NCBI GenBank assembly: GCA_964035575.1
Contig: OZ037843.1
Coordinates: 248,001-312,000, forward strand
Origin: Rhynchopus sp. YZ270_cl-10
Taxonomy: Eukaryota
Reading direction: 5' to 3'
DNA length: 64,000 bases
How positions within the stretch are numbered: the first letter of the stretch is position 1; each line of letters starts with the position of its first letter. Below the pieces are notes generated by a model. The model had not been told where the DNA came from, ran no database searches, and was given only the letters and a program-made list of their open reading frames with translations. Positions 36,800-47,943 of the stretch are shown piece by piece. The translations under genes were made by a program, and so were the position numbers.

Positions 36800-38632
36800 C
36801 TAGTGGGAGTGGGACAGGGTCTTAGCAAGCTTTGTCAACATGCTGATGACACTCTCCACCCCCACCTTCCCCATCGGAGGCCTGCCCTCTGGGGACATCT
36901 TGGTCATGCGCTCGATGAGAGAAACGAAGTCGTCTGGGACGCCAGGCACGCTCCTGACTCTTTTCATAGGAAGGGGCTGATTTAGCGTGCAAACCTCTAT
37001 CGCCAGTTCCATTATATTCCTGCACCACTCTCTGGGAGAGCGGCCGTCGACCATCCTCCACGCAGTGCAGCCCAATGAGTAGACGTCGCATGATGTGCTG
37101 ATCGACTGCTTCATCACCTCAGGTGCCATGTATCCACATGTTCCTGACGAACTCCCCTGCTCAGCTATGCTGCCTTGGCACGTCTGTGCAAGGCCAAGGT
37201 CGATCAACTTCACCACCCCCTGCATGTCGATCATGATGTTTGCGGGCTTCACGTCTTTGTGGATGAATTTACGACTGTGCATGTAGTGCAGTCCGGTGGC
37301 CGCACCCAACAGTACGTTGAACACCGTCTCCCACGGAAGCGAGGGCATGTCCTCCCACTCCTTAATCAGAGACTCGACGTCCTGCTTCAGCAGATCCATC
37401 ACAAGATAGAGCTTCCCCTCCCTTTCGCAGTAGTGCTGGCCGTAGCAGCGCGCCACATTCGGGTGGGAAAGGGCAGAGAGTGCCTTGACCTCACGTTCGC
37501 ATGCATCCTTCGAGATGGTCTGCACCTTGACAGCAACCTTCGTCGTCCCGTACTTCCCTTTGTACACGTCACCGAAGCCGCCGCCTCCTATCCTGTTAGC
37601 TAGTGCTGTGTCCACCTCGAAGTCGTGCCTGCCCAGCACCTGGATTGTGGCGGTGGCGGTGGCGGGCAGAGGCGGGGCAGAGGGGACGGGGGCTGTGCCT
37701 GCCCCACCTGCGGAGCCCCCGCTTGCGCGAGCCTCGCCTGCGATCGGCAAACGGGTCGTCGTTAGAGAACAGGAGACAATACCCTCACCGACCACTGGAA
37801 AACGGGTGACCACTTGGATGTCGGCGCAATTCTCGAGCAACAGTTTGATTTCTAAGTGTCCATTGGCGCGAGCAATATGAAGTGGCGTACATTCGTCCCA
37901 GTCTGTCGCTTCAATGTTTGCATGGTTCTCGACCAATAGTTTGCATACGTCTAAGTGTCCATTGCGGCAAGCATAATGAAGTGGCGTGCGGTTGTAGCTG
38001 GTTGTCGCTGCAATGTTTGCATGGTTCTTGAGCAATAGTTTGCATACGGCTAAGTGTCCCTTGTAGCAAGCATGATGAAGTGGCGTGGCTTTGTCGTTGT
38101 CTGTCGCTTCAATGTTCGCACGTTTCTCGAGCAACAGTTTGCATACTGCTAAGTGTCCATTGGCGCAAGCAAAATGAAGTGGCGTGGATTGGTTATTGCT
38201 GGTTGTCGCTTCAGTGTTTGCACGGTTCTCGAGCAATAGTTTGCATACGGCTAATTGCCCAAAGTAGCAAGCCTGATGAAGTGGCGTGGATTTGTTCCTG
38301 GTTGTCGCTTCAATGTTCGCACGGTTCTCGAGCAACAGTTTGCATACGGCTAAGTGTCCATTGGCGCAAGCATAATGAAGTGGCGTCCATTTGTCGCTGT
38401 CACAGCAATTAACATTCGCGTCGTATTTGATGCACAGTACCACGCAATTGATCAACCCCTGTTTTGCATAATAGATCAGAGCTGTCAGGTCCTCCTTCTT
38501 CGCATTTCTGTCGACACCAAGCTTCAGAGCTGCCTCCATTTTGCCAACATCGGAACTGAACAGAGCATTTTCCAGTCTCTCCATCGCATCACTTTTTCCA
38601 TTTGTAGTTGAATGGGGGGAGTGACCCGGCAT
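36800..38632 (-). CDS. Ankyrin-repeat (about 7) protein kinase, non-RD
   Basis: Same architecture as 20170-22179, with a near-identical 5' flank (38640-39115 versus 22187-22660). Start is MPGHS (38632) or MERLEN (38584). Confidence 0.93.
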   Translation of the reverse strand: MPGHSPHSTTNGKSDAMERLENALFSSDVGKMEAALKLGVDRNAKKEDLTALIYYAKQGLINCVVLCIKYDANVNCCDSDKWTPLHYACANGHLAVCKLLLENRANIEATTRNKSTPLHQACYFGQLAVCKLLLENRANTEATTSNNQSTPLHFACANGHLAVCKLLLEKRANIEATDNDKATPLHHACYKGHLAVCKLLLKNHANIAATTSYNRTPLHYACRNGHLDVCKLLVENHANIEATDWDECTPLHIARANGHLEIKLLLENCADIQVVTRFPVVGEGIVSCSLTTTRLPIAGEARASGGSAGGAGTAPVPSAPPLPATATATIQVLGRHDFEVDTALANRIGGGGFGDVYKGKYGTTKVAVKVQTISKDACEREVKALSALSHPNVARCYGQHYCEREGKLYLVMDLLKQDVESLIKEWEDMPSLPWETVFNVLLGAATGLHYMHSRKFIHKDVKPANIMIDMQGVVKLIDLGLAQTCQGSIAEQGSSSGTCGYMAPEVMKQSISTSCDVYSLGCTAWRMVDGRSPREWCRNIMELAIEVCTLNQPLPMKRVRSVPGVPDDFVSLIERMTKMSPEGRPPMGKVGVESVISMLTKLAKTLSHSH

Positions 38633-39466
38633 TGCAACGGGTAGGGGACTGTTGGTATTGAAGTGATGCAAAAGCAGGTTTTGAAAATGGCATGAGGAGG
38701 CATGTGGCACCCTATTCGTACCGGGTGGCGAAGGGTTTGCGTTGTGTGTCCGTAAACCCGCAAACCCGTAAAGTGTTCACAAACAAGGGAACGAGAGGGA
38801 CACTGATGAATGATCCAGAACGGAAGGTTCAGGTCATAGGAGTGTGGATGGGTGTGGTGTGCAAAGAAGAAGGTGGGACGAGTGGTCTTTTGTCGCATGC
38901 TGGTTTTGCTGCTGGGCTCGTTTTTATTTTGTTTTATTTTTGTTTTTGTGTTTCCTTTGTTCCTCCATATCACGATCGTTTTGTACCCGCTCAACAAGCA
39001 TATTGTTCCAACGCATAGCTGATGTGCGCTGAGAGACAGAACAAAAACATGACAAAAAAGAACATCGATTGTGAGAAGGCAAGGAACGATAAAAGATGCA
39101 TAACAAAAGAGACGTGCCACTGCTGGCTGTCTTTATTAACCCTTAGCCAACGAGCAACCCGTACAGGGGTTGTTTTTTTTTTGGGGGTTTTATGAAGAAC
39201 ACCAGTAAACAATTTTTTTTGACAGTGCTGTACATAATCCCACTCATTTTTGCTGGAAGTCGTTGTCAACGGTCAACAACGTCGTACAGCCCACTTATTG
39301 TTTATGGGGGTGGAGGAAGACATAAAAAGGAAAAGTAGGAGTGCGGTTTTCAATTTCAGCATTGCGAAGGTGTGGTCAAGATGCAGAGCATGCACAACAG
39401 TCCTGTACATTGTCCCACTCATTTTTGCTGGAAGTCGTCAACAACGTCGTACAGCCCAACTGCGTA

Positions 39467-41242
39467 CTACTGAAGAGAGGCGACACAACTGAGGGGCACC
39501 GACGTGGCACACTGGCAGGCAAACAGAACACCACCCTTGACCGAAGCAGGCGTCACTCGTGCTGGTGTCTGAACGAACGCACCTGTGTGAGTCATCCCCT
39601 CCACGGTGTGTGCTGCCACCTCGCCCTTCAGGTACTTCCGCACTGCCTGGTTGTAGTCCTCCCAGTCCTTCTTCTCGCCTATCTGGTACATCCACTCATC
39701 AACGACAGCTGCAGCAGGTGCTTGCGTCTGCACCACCAGCTCAGCCACAACCTCAGGTTCGCAGTCTCGAGCAACCTCCACCTTGCACGGAAGCAGACGC
39801 AGGTTGTGTTCGCACTCAGCGTCGCTGAAGCACACCCTGTTGCAGACAACGTCGCACCCCAGCATACGTCCTGCACGTTCCATCCCGTGCACATCACGCA
39901 CAAGTGTCCCCACCATGCTGAAGCGGCGCATCACATCACAACCCATGTCACCACGCAGCACCTTCCCCATTGCAACACCCACGTTCACAGAGGCTGCCAG
40001 GCCAGCTCTCATGAGCATGCTTGCTGCGTGCAGTGCTGAGGTTGCGTGTGACCCACACGGCTTCGACGCGTTGAACGAGCAGTGGATCCTGTCCCCAACA
40101 AAGACGTCCACCATCCCACGTCTGCTGTCTGTTGCCTGCAGGGTCTTCAGAAGAACAGTTGTGAAGAGGTCGGAGAAGCGTGCACTGTCCTCCTCCAGGC
40201 GGTGCAGGGTGTCTTTGATGTTCAGTGTCAGCAGTGTTGCCTTTGTGGATGAGAGCAGGAGAGGCTGTGAACGGAAGGAAGTGCGTCGCACTGCAGCAGA
40301 CGTGCTCGATGTTGCCGCTGACACTGTGCTCTGATAGTCACTGTCAGTACCATCCAGCTCACCACCAGGTTCCACACATTCGTCCTTCTCATCCTCAAAC
40401 GGCAGACACGTCTTCGGGAGGTACGCCTTGTACACACGCAGGTTCTGCTCCAACTTCCGCAGTGCTGTCGTTATCCCCTCAGGCAGCTCACCACCGTGCT
40501 CCTCCAGCAGCTCCGCCACCTTCTCCACATCATACCCAGCCAGGAGCGAAGCGATGTCCTGCACTGTGTTGATGGTGCGCTGCATCGTTGCCTGCTCCTT
40601 CAGAACGTCACGTGCAAACCCTCTGGTCACGTAGAAGTCAAGCAAGAACACAACACCCGCTGTCAACAGCGCGCGTGGGGGGAAGTCCGCTGGACATGGC
40701 AAGGCCTCACAGCTGGCTAGTTTCGTCCATTGCGCCCTCCGTCCGTGTTCACCACCTTGTGGTGTCAGCCCGGGAATGTCAAACAAACCAAACCGGTAGC
40801 TTTCTTCCAAACCCAGCAACACCAGCCAGAACATACTGAAGCACACCAACCCAACTGTGTAGCGTGTGGGCACCTGCATCACAAGCAGCATGTCGACCAT
40901 AATCACGAGCAGGGGCCACTCCGAGCTGCCCATGGTCCGTGCGTCGAGGTCCCAGAGGAAGATGGGTGAGGCGAAGATGTACATCGCAGCCACGATGACG
41001 CCGCTTGTCAAAGGTTTGCGACACAACAACATCCCAAGTACACAGAGAGACGTGATTACCTGAATGGCAGCTGCAGCCATGTCTACCGGCTGCTCCATAC
41101 CCTCGTACATAACAAAGGAATACTCAACAGACGAGACCAGCAACACAAACGCACAGAACACAAACAGCAACTTCCGCTTCTTTCGCTCCTTCGTGCTGAG
41201 TGTGCCGTTCAGCGACAGCGCCTTCTCCAGAACGGCGCGCAT
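39467..41242 (-). CDS. Membrane protein with a single degenerate class III nucleotide-cyclase-like domain
   Basis: About 6 hydrophobic helices, then VLKEQATMQRTINTVQDIASLLAGYDVE...NLRVYKAYLP (shared with the cyclase genes), then RRGMVDVFVGDRIHCSFN and VNVGVAMGKVLRGDMG. Lacks the FTD and NxxxR motifs. Confidence 0.85.
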   Translation of the reverse strand: MRAVLEKALSLNGTLSTKERKKRKLLFVFCAFVLLVSSVEYSFVMYEGMEQPVDMAAAAIQVITSLCVLGMLLCRKPLTSGVIVAAMYIFASPIFLWDLDARTMGSSEWPLLVIMVDMLLVMQVPTRYTVGLVCFSMFWLVLLGLEESYRFGLFDIPGLTPQGGEHGRRAQWTKLASCEALPCPADFPPRALLTAGVVFLLDFYVTRGFARDVLKEQATMQRTINTVQDIASLLAGYDVEKVAELLEEHGGELPEGITTALRKLEQNLRVYKAYLPKTCLPFEDEKDECVEPGGELDGTDSDYQSTVSAATSSTSAAVRRTSFRSQPLLLSSTKATLLTLNIKDTLHRLEEDSARFSDLFTTVLLKTLQATDSRRGMVDVFVGDRIHCSFNASKPCGSHATSALHAASMLMRAGLAASVNVGVAMGKVLRGDMGCDVMRRFSMVGTLVRDVHGMERAGRMLGCDVVCNRVCFSDAECEHNLRLLPCKVEVARDCEPEVVAELVVQTQAPAAAVVDEWMYQIGEKKDWEDYNQAVRKYLKGEVAAHTVEGMTHTGAFVQTPARVTPASVKGGVLFACQCATSVPLSCVASLQ

Positions 41243-41917
41243 TGTCTCTACCCTCCACAGTGTGTCTCGAGGGGGGTGAATTGATGTAAAACAAAAATAA
41301 AATACCCTGTTGACGGTCAAATAGGACACCAGCTTCGATTGCAATCACCAAATCGCTGCCACGTATATTGGCTTACTCGCATCAGGCCAGGGCTGCGGAA
41401 GACACGCGCGGTGGGCTTTTTGGTGGAACCCCCTCCGCACAACAGCGGGACGTGACGACAACCAATCCTGACCGACAGTGAGGCCGAGTCCCTAGTGGGG
41501 CTGCTGGGGAGTATCCAAAGATATTCATCACGATGTGCACTAGTCAGCACCATGACATGGCTCTATTTACTCGTAAAGTTACTAGTGAAAACTGACTCGT
41601 CGGTGCCAGTAAAATGACAGCAAGAGTGCTCGTTAATGTACCAGCTAAATGAGGGGGAGGGGCGGTGGGTGTGCAAAGAGACAAATAGTTAAAAGAGGTG
41701 AGGGTGTTTCTGTTTTGTTTTTAAAAGCTTTGGTTGTATCATAGAACTTCAGACACACCGGCAGGGAAGTGGGCGAAACACACTGTTTTACACACAACAA
41801 GAAAAAGGGCATCAACACAACGAAACATAAAAAGTCGCCATCGCATAAGACACCCCTGCCACTTGATGAGGGTGTGCGTCGTGCAGCTTCAAGGTCGCAG
41901 TGCAGCAGCTGGCGGCG

Positions 41918-42739
41918 TCACTCTGCGTGTCTCCGTCGCTTGCGGGATTCCTCCGGTGGTTCGTCCCTGCTGCGTTTCGGGCGGGCTTCCACCACTAACT
42001 TCTGCAGTTGGTTCCTCACTCTGCTCGACACAACATTGCTGCAGCCTGAGAGGTAGATGCTCTCCAACGAAGTGCATTCGTACAGGAAGCAGAACTTAAT
42101 GTGTGTGACACGGCTCAGTGGTGATAAGTCCAGTGTACACAAAGAACTGCATCCATAAAGGAATTTGCTCTCAATTTGTGTAACACGGCTCAGTGGTGTC
42201 AAGTCCAGTCTGCGCAAAGCACTGCATTCAGCAAGGAAGCTGGACCCAATTTGTGTAACATGGATGAACCCAGAGAGGTCGACGCTTGTCAATGAAGTGC
42301 AGGACTCGAGAAAGCCGTGCCCTATTTGTGTCACAACAGACACAGCACTCAGATCAAAGCTTGTCAATGATATCTCAGTGTCGTACAAGAAGCGAAAGGG
42401 AATTGCTGTCGTAACCCCCGCCTGCAGAAGCAAACACGCCACCTCAGGATCCTCCACACTCTCCAGCCTCTCGGCCGTGACGTCAGTCTCACCCAACGCA
42501 TGAAGTGCTGCAATGGCCTCGTACTTCGGTGTCTTCGTCCAGACAACCGTGTCCCCAGCACTCAGCTGCGTCATGTCGTATCCTTCGTCCATCACCTCCT
42601 CTCCGAAACACATCACAAAGGCGTCTTCGGGCAACCCCACTGCAGATGCGACCTTCCGACGCATCACCGCAGGTGTGTCATCCTCACCCAGCTCGACCGT
42701 ATGCTTCACTCCGTTCAACCCTTCGAGAGTCACATCCAT
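41918..42739 (-). CDS. Ubiquitin-like domain plus BspA-type leucine-rich repeats, basic C-terminus
   Basis: MDVTLEGLNGVKHTVELGEDDT...LSAGDTV (Ubl-like), repeats of the form VTQIGxxFLxxCxSLxxLDLS, and an ending RPKRSR..RKRRRH. Confidence 0.85.
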   Translation of the reverse strand: MDVTLEGLNGVKHTVELGEDDTPAVMRRKVASAVGLPEDAFVMCFGEEVMDEGYDMTQLSAGDTVVWTKTPKYEAIAALHALGETDVTAERLESVEDPEVACLLLQAGVTTAIPFRFLYDTEISLTSFDLSAVSVVTQIGHGFLESCTSLTSVDLSGFIHVTQIGSSFLAECSALRRLDLTPLSRVTQIESKFLYGCSSLCTLDLSPLSRVTHIKFCFLYECTSLESIYLSGCSNVVSSRVRNQLQKLVVEARPKRSRDEPPEESRKRRRHAE

Positions 42740-43319
42740 CTGCACTGCTGTGTTAACAAAGCCTTTTCCCTGTTGCATTGGTGTGGGGTGGAGAAGGTGT
42801 GTGGGGGAAGGAACAAGAAGAAGGCAAACCTGCTGCCACCAAGACGGGTCTTTTTTTTCTTCCTCTTCTTATTTTTAACGAATACCTACAGTGCAGGAGG
42901 GTTCAGTGCTAGCACGTGACCCTGGTACTGCCTCAGACCACGTTTTCTTGTTCTACGTACCAGGGTTCCACAGCACTCAAGGCGGTGGAAAAAATGTATT
43001 TTTTTGTTATATCGACAATCACCTGCTAGTGCAGGATCTGTACTCGATGTCGCCCGAAGGCGCAATCTCTACTGTCTTTTTTTTTGAAAACTTTGACACA
43101 GCCCCCCCATCAAATTGACACTTTTCGGGGGAACGACTGATATACATCTCTGGATTTGAACAACAGTATACCAAGGGGCGAGTGGGTGCTTTCGAGCTTT
43201 TTTACATGCAAAAATTATTACGCATCCACTTGCCGTTTTGGATAAAGAAAACAAAGACGAAAGGGGTTTTGGGGGGAAGAGTTTAATTCTTGAACGCATC
43301 CCCACACTCTGTCACACCT

Positions 43320-44113
43320 TTTTTTCAACCTACCTTCCTTCACCCCCCTGTAAGGGCAACCGTAGGTGAAGTAAGGTATAGTATTGAAATCGATGTGGGG
43401 GGGGAGTAAAGGGTCAATTTTACAAAACCAGATTTTGAGGAAAATTTTAGCCGAAAATGGGCCCCACGTATAAGCAACCGGGCTCATATTTCTCAAAATT
43501 TAAGTGGTCAAAAAATTGTCCAATTTTCGAGATTGACCCCACCACTGCACGGGCGGAGCCCAAAAATGCAAATAAGGACCCTTTTTAATTTGTTCTCTTG
43601 AAATGTGTAATTTCATGTTTTCGCGAAAAAAATAACAACTGATCCTACAAGGGTTGAAGGAAGGTGGTTGAAAACAACAATAACAACAAGGACAAGTAAT
43701 TGCTAAGAAAAAAGCGGGTGTGCTGTGGAAAACTCCGCGCGATTTTCGAAACCACCGTAGCATCCTGGCGATTTGCTGGTGTAATCGATGTGTTGTAGTC
43801 TGTGCATTCTGTGTTCCTTCCGCACTGCTCCAACGACGACTACAATGTGGGGAGCCTGTGGACAAAAACGAGCTGGACCACGCCGAGCCTGCCGAGCGGG
43901 CGTCCAACAACGCTATCGAGCAGATGGTGCTGGACGAAGAGGACAGCCCCCCTTCTTGAACGTTTCAGATGCTGGCGTCCCAGTGGGTCTGGCAGTGTAC
44001 GAAGAGCGTTAGCATACCTGCAGAAGAGCAGAATGCTGGGCTTATTGTAGATTATTTCTACAGGATGGAGTTCCACATCACACCCCGTTTTTTTTTCCGA
44101 TAGCAATTACTTG
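43320..44113 (+). mobile_element. Helitron-like Rep fragment repeat (copy 3, inverted)
   Basis: Reverse complement of 25633-26450 and 590-1263. Confidence 0.65.
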
Positions 44114-44790
44114 TTTTTTTTTTTTTTTTTTTTTTTTTTTTTGAAAAATTGTTCAGGGAAATAGCTTGGTTTTCCTCCAAAATCAGGAATTATGCGAAAA
44201 CGAAATTTTTCCGCCCGGTCGAAAGCGGTCGTTGCGCTTCGCGCAAGCCTCACTGAGTGGAGAGGCGAAAGGTCAATTTGCGAGATAACCAAAAACGGAA
44301 TGTAATCCCTTATTACAGAGCTTGGTCTTGCACCTTACGTTCCACTAACCGTATGGAAAAAAATAAATGGCGCCGCAGGCGAAAAAAAAAAAATAGGGTA
44401 CGGTGTAAAAATGCTGGTTTACAACCACACAGTCACTCAACAAACCCTTTTTTGCGGAGCAAAAAAGGAAAATGGCGCCGCAGGCAAAAAAAAATTAAGG
44501 GGTACGGCACATCTGCAAGCGCAGCGAGCGAAAATTTTAAGGTTCCATCATTCCAGTCATCTGGGAGATCTGGGGGTCCGCGGGCGAGGGCCCCCAAAAG
44601 TGCCCAAAAATCCCCTCTTTTTTTTTTTTTTTTTTTTTTTTTCCCCCAAAAAATCCAGAATTATGCGATGTCGCATAATTCGGTATATGGAGCTATTTCC
44701 CTGAAATTGTTGGAGTAGTGTAGTTGCCTGTTCCTACCAGTTTCTGCAGGCAAACACTTGGCCCCCCTTTACCTTACACTAACGGGTTTT

Positions 44791-46873
44791 GACCAAAACC
44801 AAGAACTTGTCCATTTCGTCAAATTGACCCCACCACAGAACGGGCGGATTCCGAAAATGCAAATGCCGGTGTTTTCGGAGCCTGCATTCTCATGTTTTCA
44901 GGATCAGGGAGAGAAAATCTGGGTTGTGGGATTTACCTGACCCCACCACAGCGCGGACGGATTCCGGAAATGCCAATCGCGGCATGTTTTGGGGCTGAAA
45001 ACCCACTTTTTTTCCAGGGAAAAAATTTGCTTCCGGATGTCGGAATTTTCCGGAAAATTTCCAGAATTAGGAAACAGCCTGGCAAACGCTGCTCACAATG
45101 TTGAACGAAAGAATTTTGACAATTTTGCTGATGAAGATGTAGTGTGTGTGAGTGAGATGGGGAGCACGGGAGGGAAAAAGAACGACTCGTGGATACTGAA
45201 AAATTTCACTAGAAATGCACACATGTCTTGTAAAAAGAAAACGGAGCAGAAACAAAAGAAAATCGCGTCGAATTACTGAGTCTTTACGGACAATACTGGG
45301 AAATAGCAGAAGCCCAGAACAGCAAATAAGAACAGTTAATGGAATATAACTTGTAGTTGTGGGTCACGGCCCAACGCTCCGAGTTAAATCCCCTGATTCT
45401 TGCCCTCAAAATCCCACACCGGCACACCGGCATACTAATGTCCCCTGGTCTTCGCGCAAGCACTGCAAATAGACAAAATCAAATTCATATACTTTCAAAT
45501 AAAATTTGAAAGCATTAGGGAAGTGTATAAAAAACAACAACGGGGGGTATGTAACTTTGTGTATTAGTGTGTAAAATTTGACCGGCCCTTTGGGTGAAAA
45601 AAAAAGGGTGAGGGGAGTTGGGTCCAGTCATAGGGAGTATAGCATATTTTTTGGAAAATTCTTCAAAAAAGCAAGGATTTTTGCTGAGCACAATGAAATT
45701 TTCAGAAAAATCCCAATTTTCGGCCAAATTTGGAGCAAATTATGGCCCACCCACCCCGATTTTGGGTCAAAAACCGACTTCATTTTTGCACAGGAGTGCC
45801 TACGATGTCGTAAACCAGAGGTCCTCTGGATGCATGCATTGATAAACACAACACTGGAAATTGCAAGGAACGAGTCTGCATGTGCGTGTTCTCTAGCCAC
45901 CACAGTCACAGGGTATGCACAAAATGACCGTATTGTGGCTGAAGTTTGACTTGCGAAATTTCGCGAACATCTATTTCTGAGGTTTTCTTTGGATTCTTTG
46001 GGCCATTTTATGACCTACCACGCCCGATTTTGGGCGATAAAACAAAATTTTGTCAGGTCAAAAATCGCCTAGTACTTGTGAAAAGAATTGCTAAGGAAAT
46101 GTGTAATATGCGTGTTTTTGTACACAAAAGTACGTTTTTGGGTGCTTCTGGAGGGTTAAAACACCAAAATTTTGCGTTTTTTTTGGTTTTCATTTCGTTT
46201 TTTTTTTTTTTTTTTTTTTTTGAATATCTCTGTAACCTCACTCGCTTTTACGGCAGGTAACCGGTTGAGGTGATACTTCCGGACTGAGGAAGGGCATTCT
46301 TTTACTTTTTTTTTTTTTTCTAGATTGTTTTTTAATTTGTAGTCTTTTGTTGGGTTAAGGGGATTGGCTGACGACACTGGGGACCTCCTTGGGCCACAGC
46401 TGTAGACGTTGTCTGGCTCTACCCGGCTGTACACGGTCGGCCTGAAATCAGGTCCGAATCTAGGCTATGAACGAAATAAAAATAGCCAAAAAAGAAGAAA
46501 GGGAAGAAGGGGGGGAAGCAGGTGTAGCCGTAACTAGGGGGGTCAAAACCCGCGATCCCCGATCCCCGATCCCCGGCTTAATTTAGGGGGGGTTTTATGA
46601 GGAAAAATCAGGAAAACGGTAAAAAAATGTCAAAAATCTGTTCGTTTGCACACTGTGAAAAAAATCGCGACCCACCGCTGAAAGCGCAAGGTGTTTACCT
46701 TGTGAGAGCCTGTGAGAGCTTACTGAGAGCTTATGAGGTCCTGTGCTGTGGTAGCGCACAGTACATAAAGTACACACAGTTCACACCGAAAACACTTGCA
46801 TTTGCATTTCCGGAATCCGTCCGGCCAGTGGTGGGGTCAATTTGCCGAAATGGACAAGTTCTCGTTTTTGGTC
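44791..46873. mobile_element. Region bracketed by roughly 90 bp imperfect inverted repeats
   Basis: 44791-44880 (gaccaaaaccaagaacttgtccatttcgtcaaattgaccccaccac...) is the imperfect reverse complement of 46784-46873. No TSD identified. Confidence 0.55.
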
Positions 46874-47811
46874 AATTTCCGCACACAGTATACACAGGGA
46901 TTGTTCGGGTGCCTATTTTTTTTTTTGACCCAACCCCCTCGCAAGAAAGCAGGGTATTTTTCCACCCCCAGAAAATGCCGTTATTGGAAAGATTGGGATC
47001 CTCTGAATCCAAATCCGTGTTCCGGCCCAGGATTCAAATTGATCCTTAAATCTAATATTGCTAAGGCAGCATTTCCCATGCAGTTTGTTAGGGGGAAAAT
47101 CTGGGAATTTTGGCCCGGGGATCGATCCCCGGCTTATGGCTGTACCTGGGGGGAAGGAGGGAGGGGAGGAAAAAAGGGGGGAATTGGTCAGGTCTACGCC
47201 GCGGTCGGCAGGAGGTCCTGCAGCTCTGCGAGAAGACGGGCGGACGGGGCGCGGTCCACTTCCGGCATGGGGCGGCAGTTACACCAAGCTTGGAAGGCGG
47301 ACAGCGCAGCCGGGGGAGTCAAGGGAGTGCAACCGTTGATGATTGAGTTTTTTTTGCACTTTTTGGTGCCCAAAAACCAAATTGGTTGAAAAATCGGCCG
47401 ATTTTGCGACCAATTTTGGCTGGGGAATTTCGGCGACCAAAGGGTCCCCCCTTTGGTTTTTTTCAAAAAATCGGGTATTTTTTGTGTATAAATAGTACCG
47501 GTCAAAATGGGGTGCCGGTCAAATTACATACCCTATTTTGACCGGGTACTATTTGTACACAAAAATACCCGATTTTTTCGGGAATTTTTGACAACACACT
47601 GGTTAAGTACCCGGTCAGAACCGGTCAAATTACATACCCCCCAACAACCCATCTTTTTTTTTTTTAAATTCCTTGTTGCAACAAGACAAATCGAAAAACA
47701 CACATGTGTGGCCACCCCTATCTCCATTGAAGTGACGCACCACAGTAAAATATTAACCTACACACCTGCTGATTATAAAAACGGGGGAGGGGGGAGCTCA
47801 GGGGGGAGGGG

Positions 47812-47931
47812 CTAGGACTTGTATTGTACGTCGGCCCCGACCGAACACCGTATTATTCGTATTATACGATTACCGTATTATACGGTGCTGCTGGGGACCG
47901 AATACTGTATAATTCGAATTTTACAACCTAG
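47812..47931. mobile_element. Short MITE-like element (second copy at 52485-52641)
   Basis: CTAGG..TTGTA / TACAACCTAG ends with flanking GGGGAGGGG direct repeats (47803-47811 and 47932-47940). The interior matches 52485-52641. Confidence 0.7.
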
Positions 47932-47943
47932 GGGGAGGGGACA

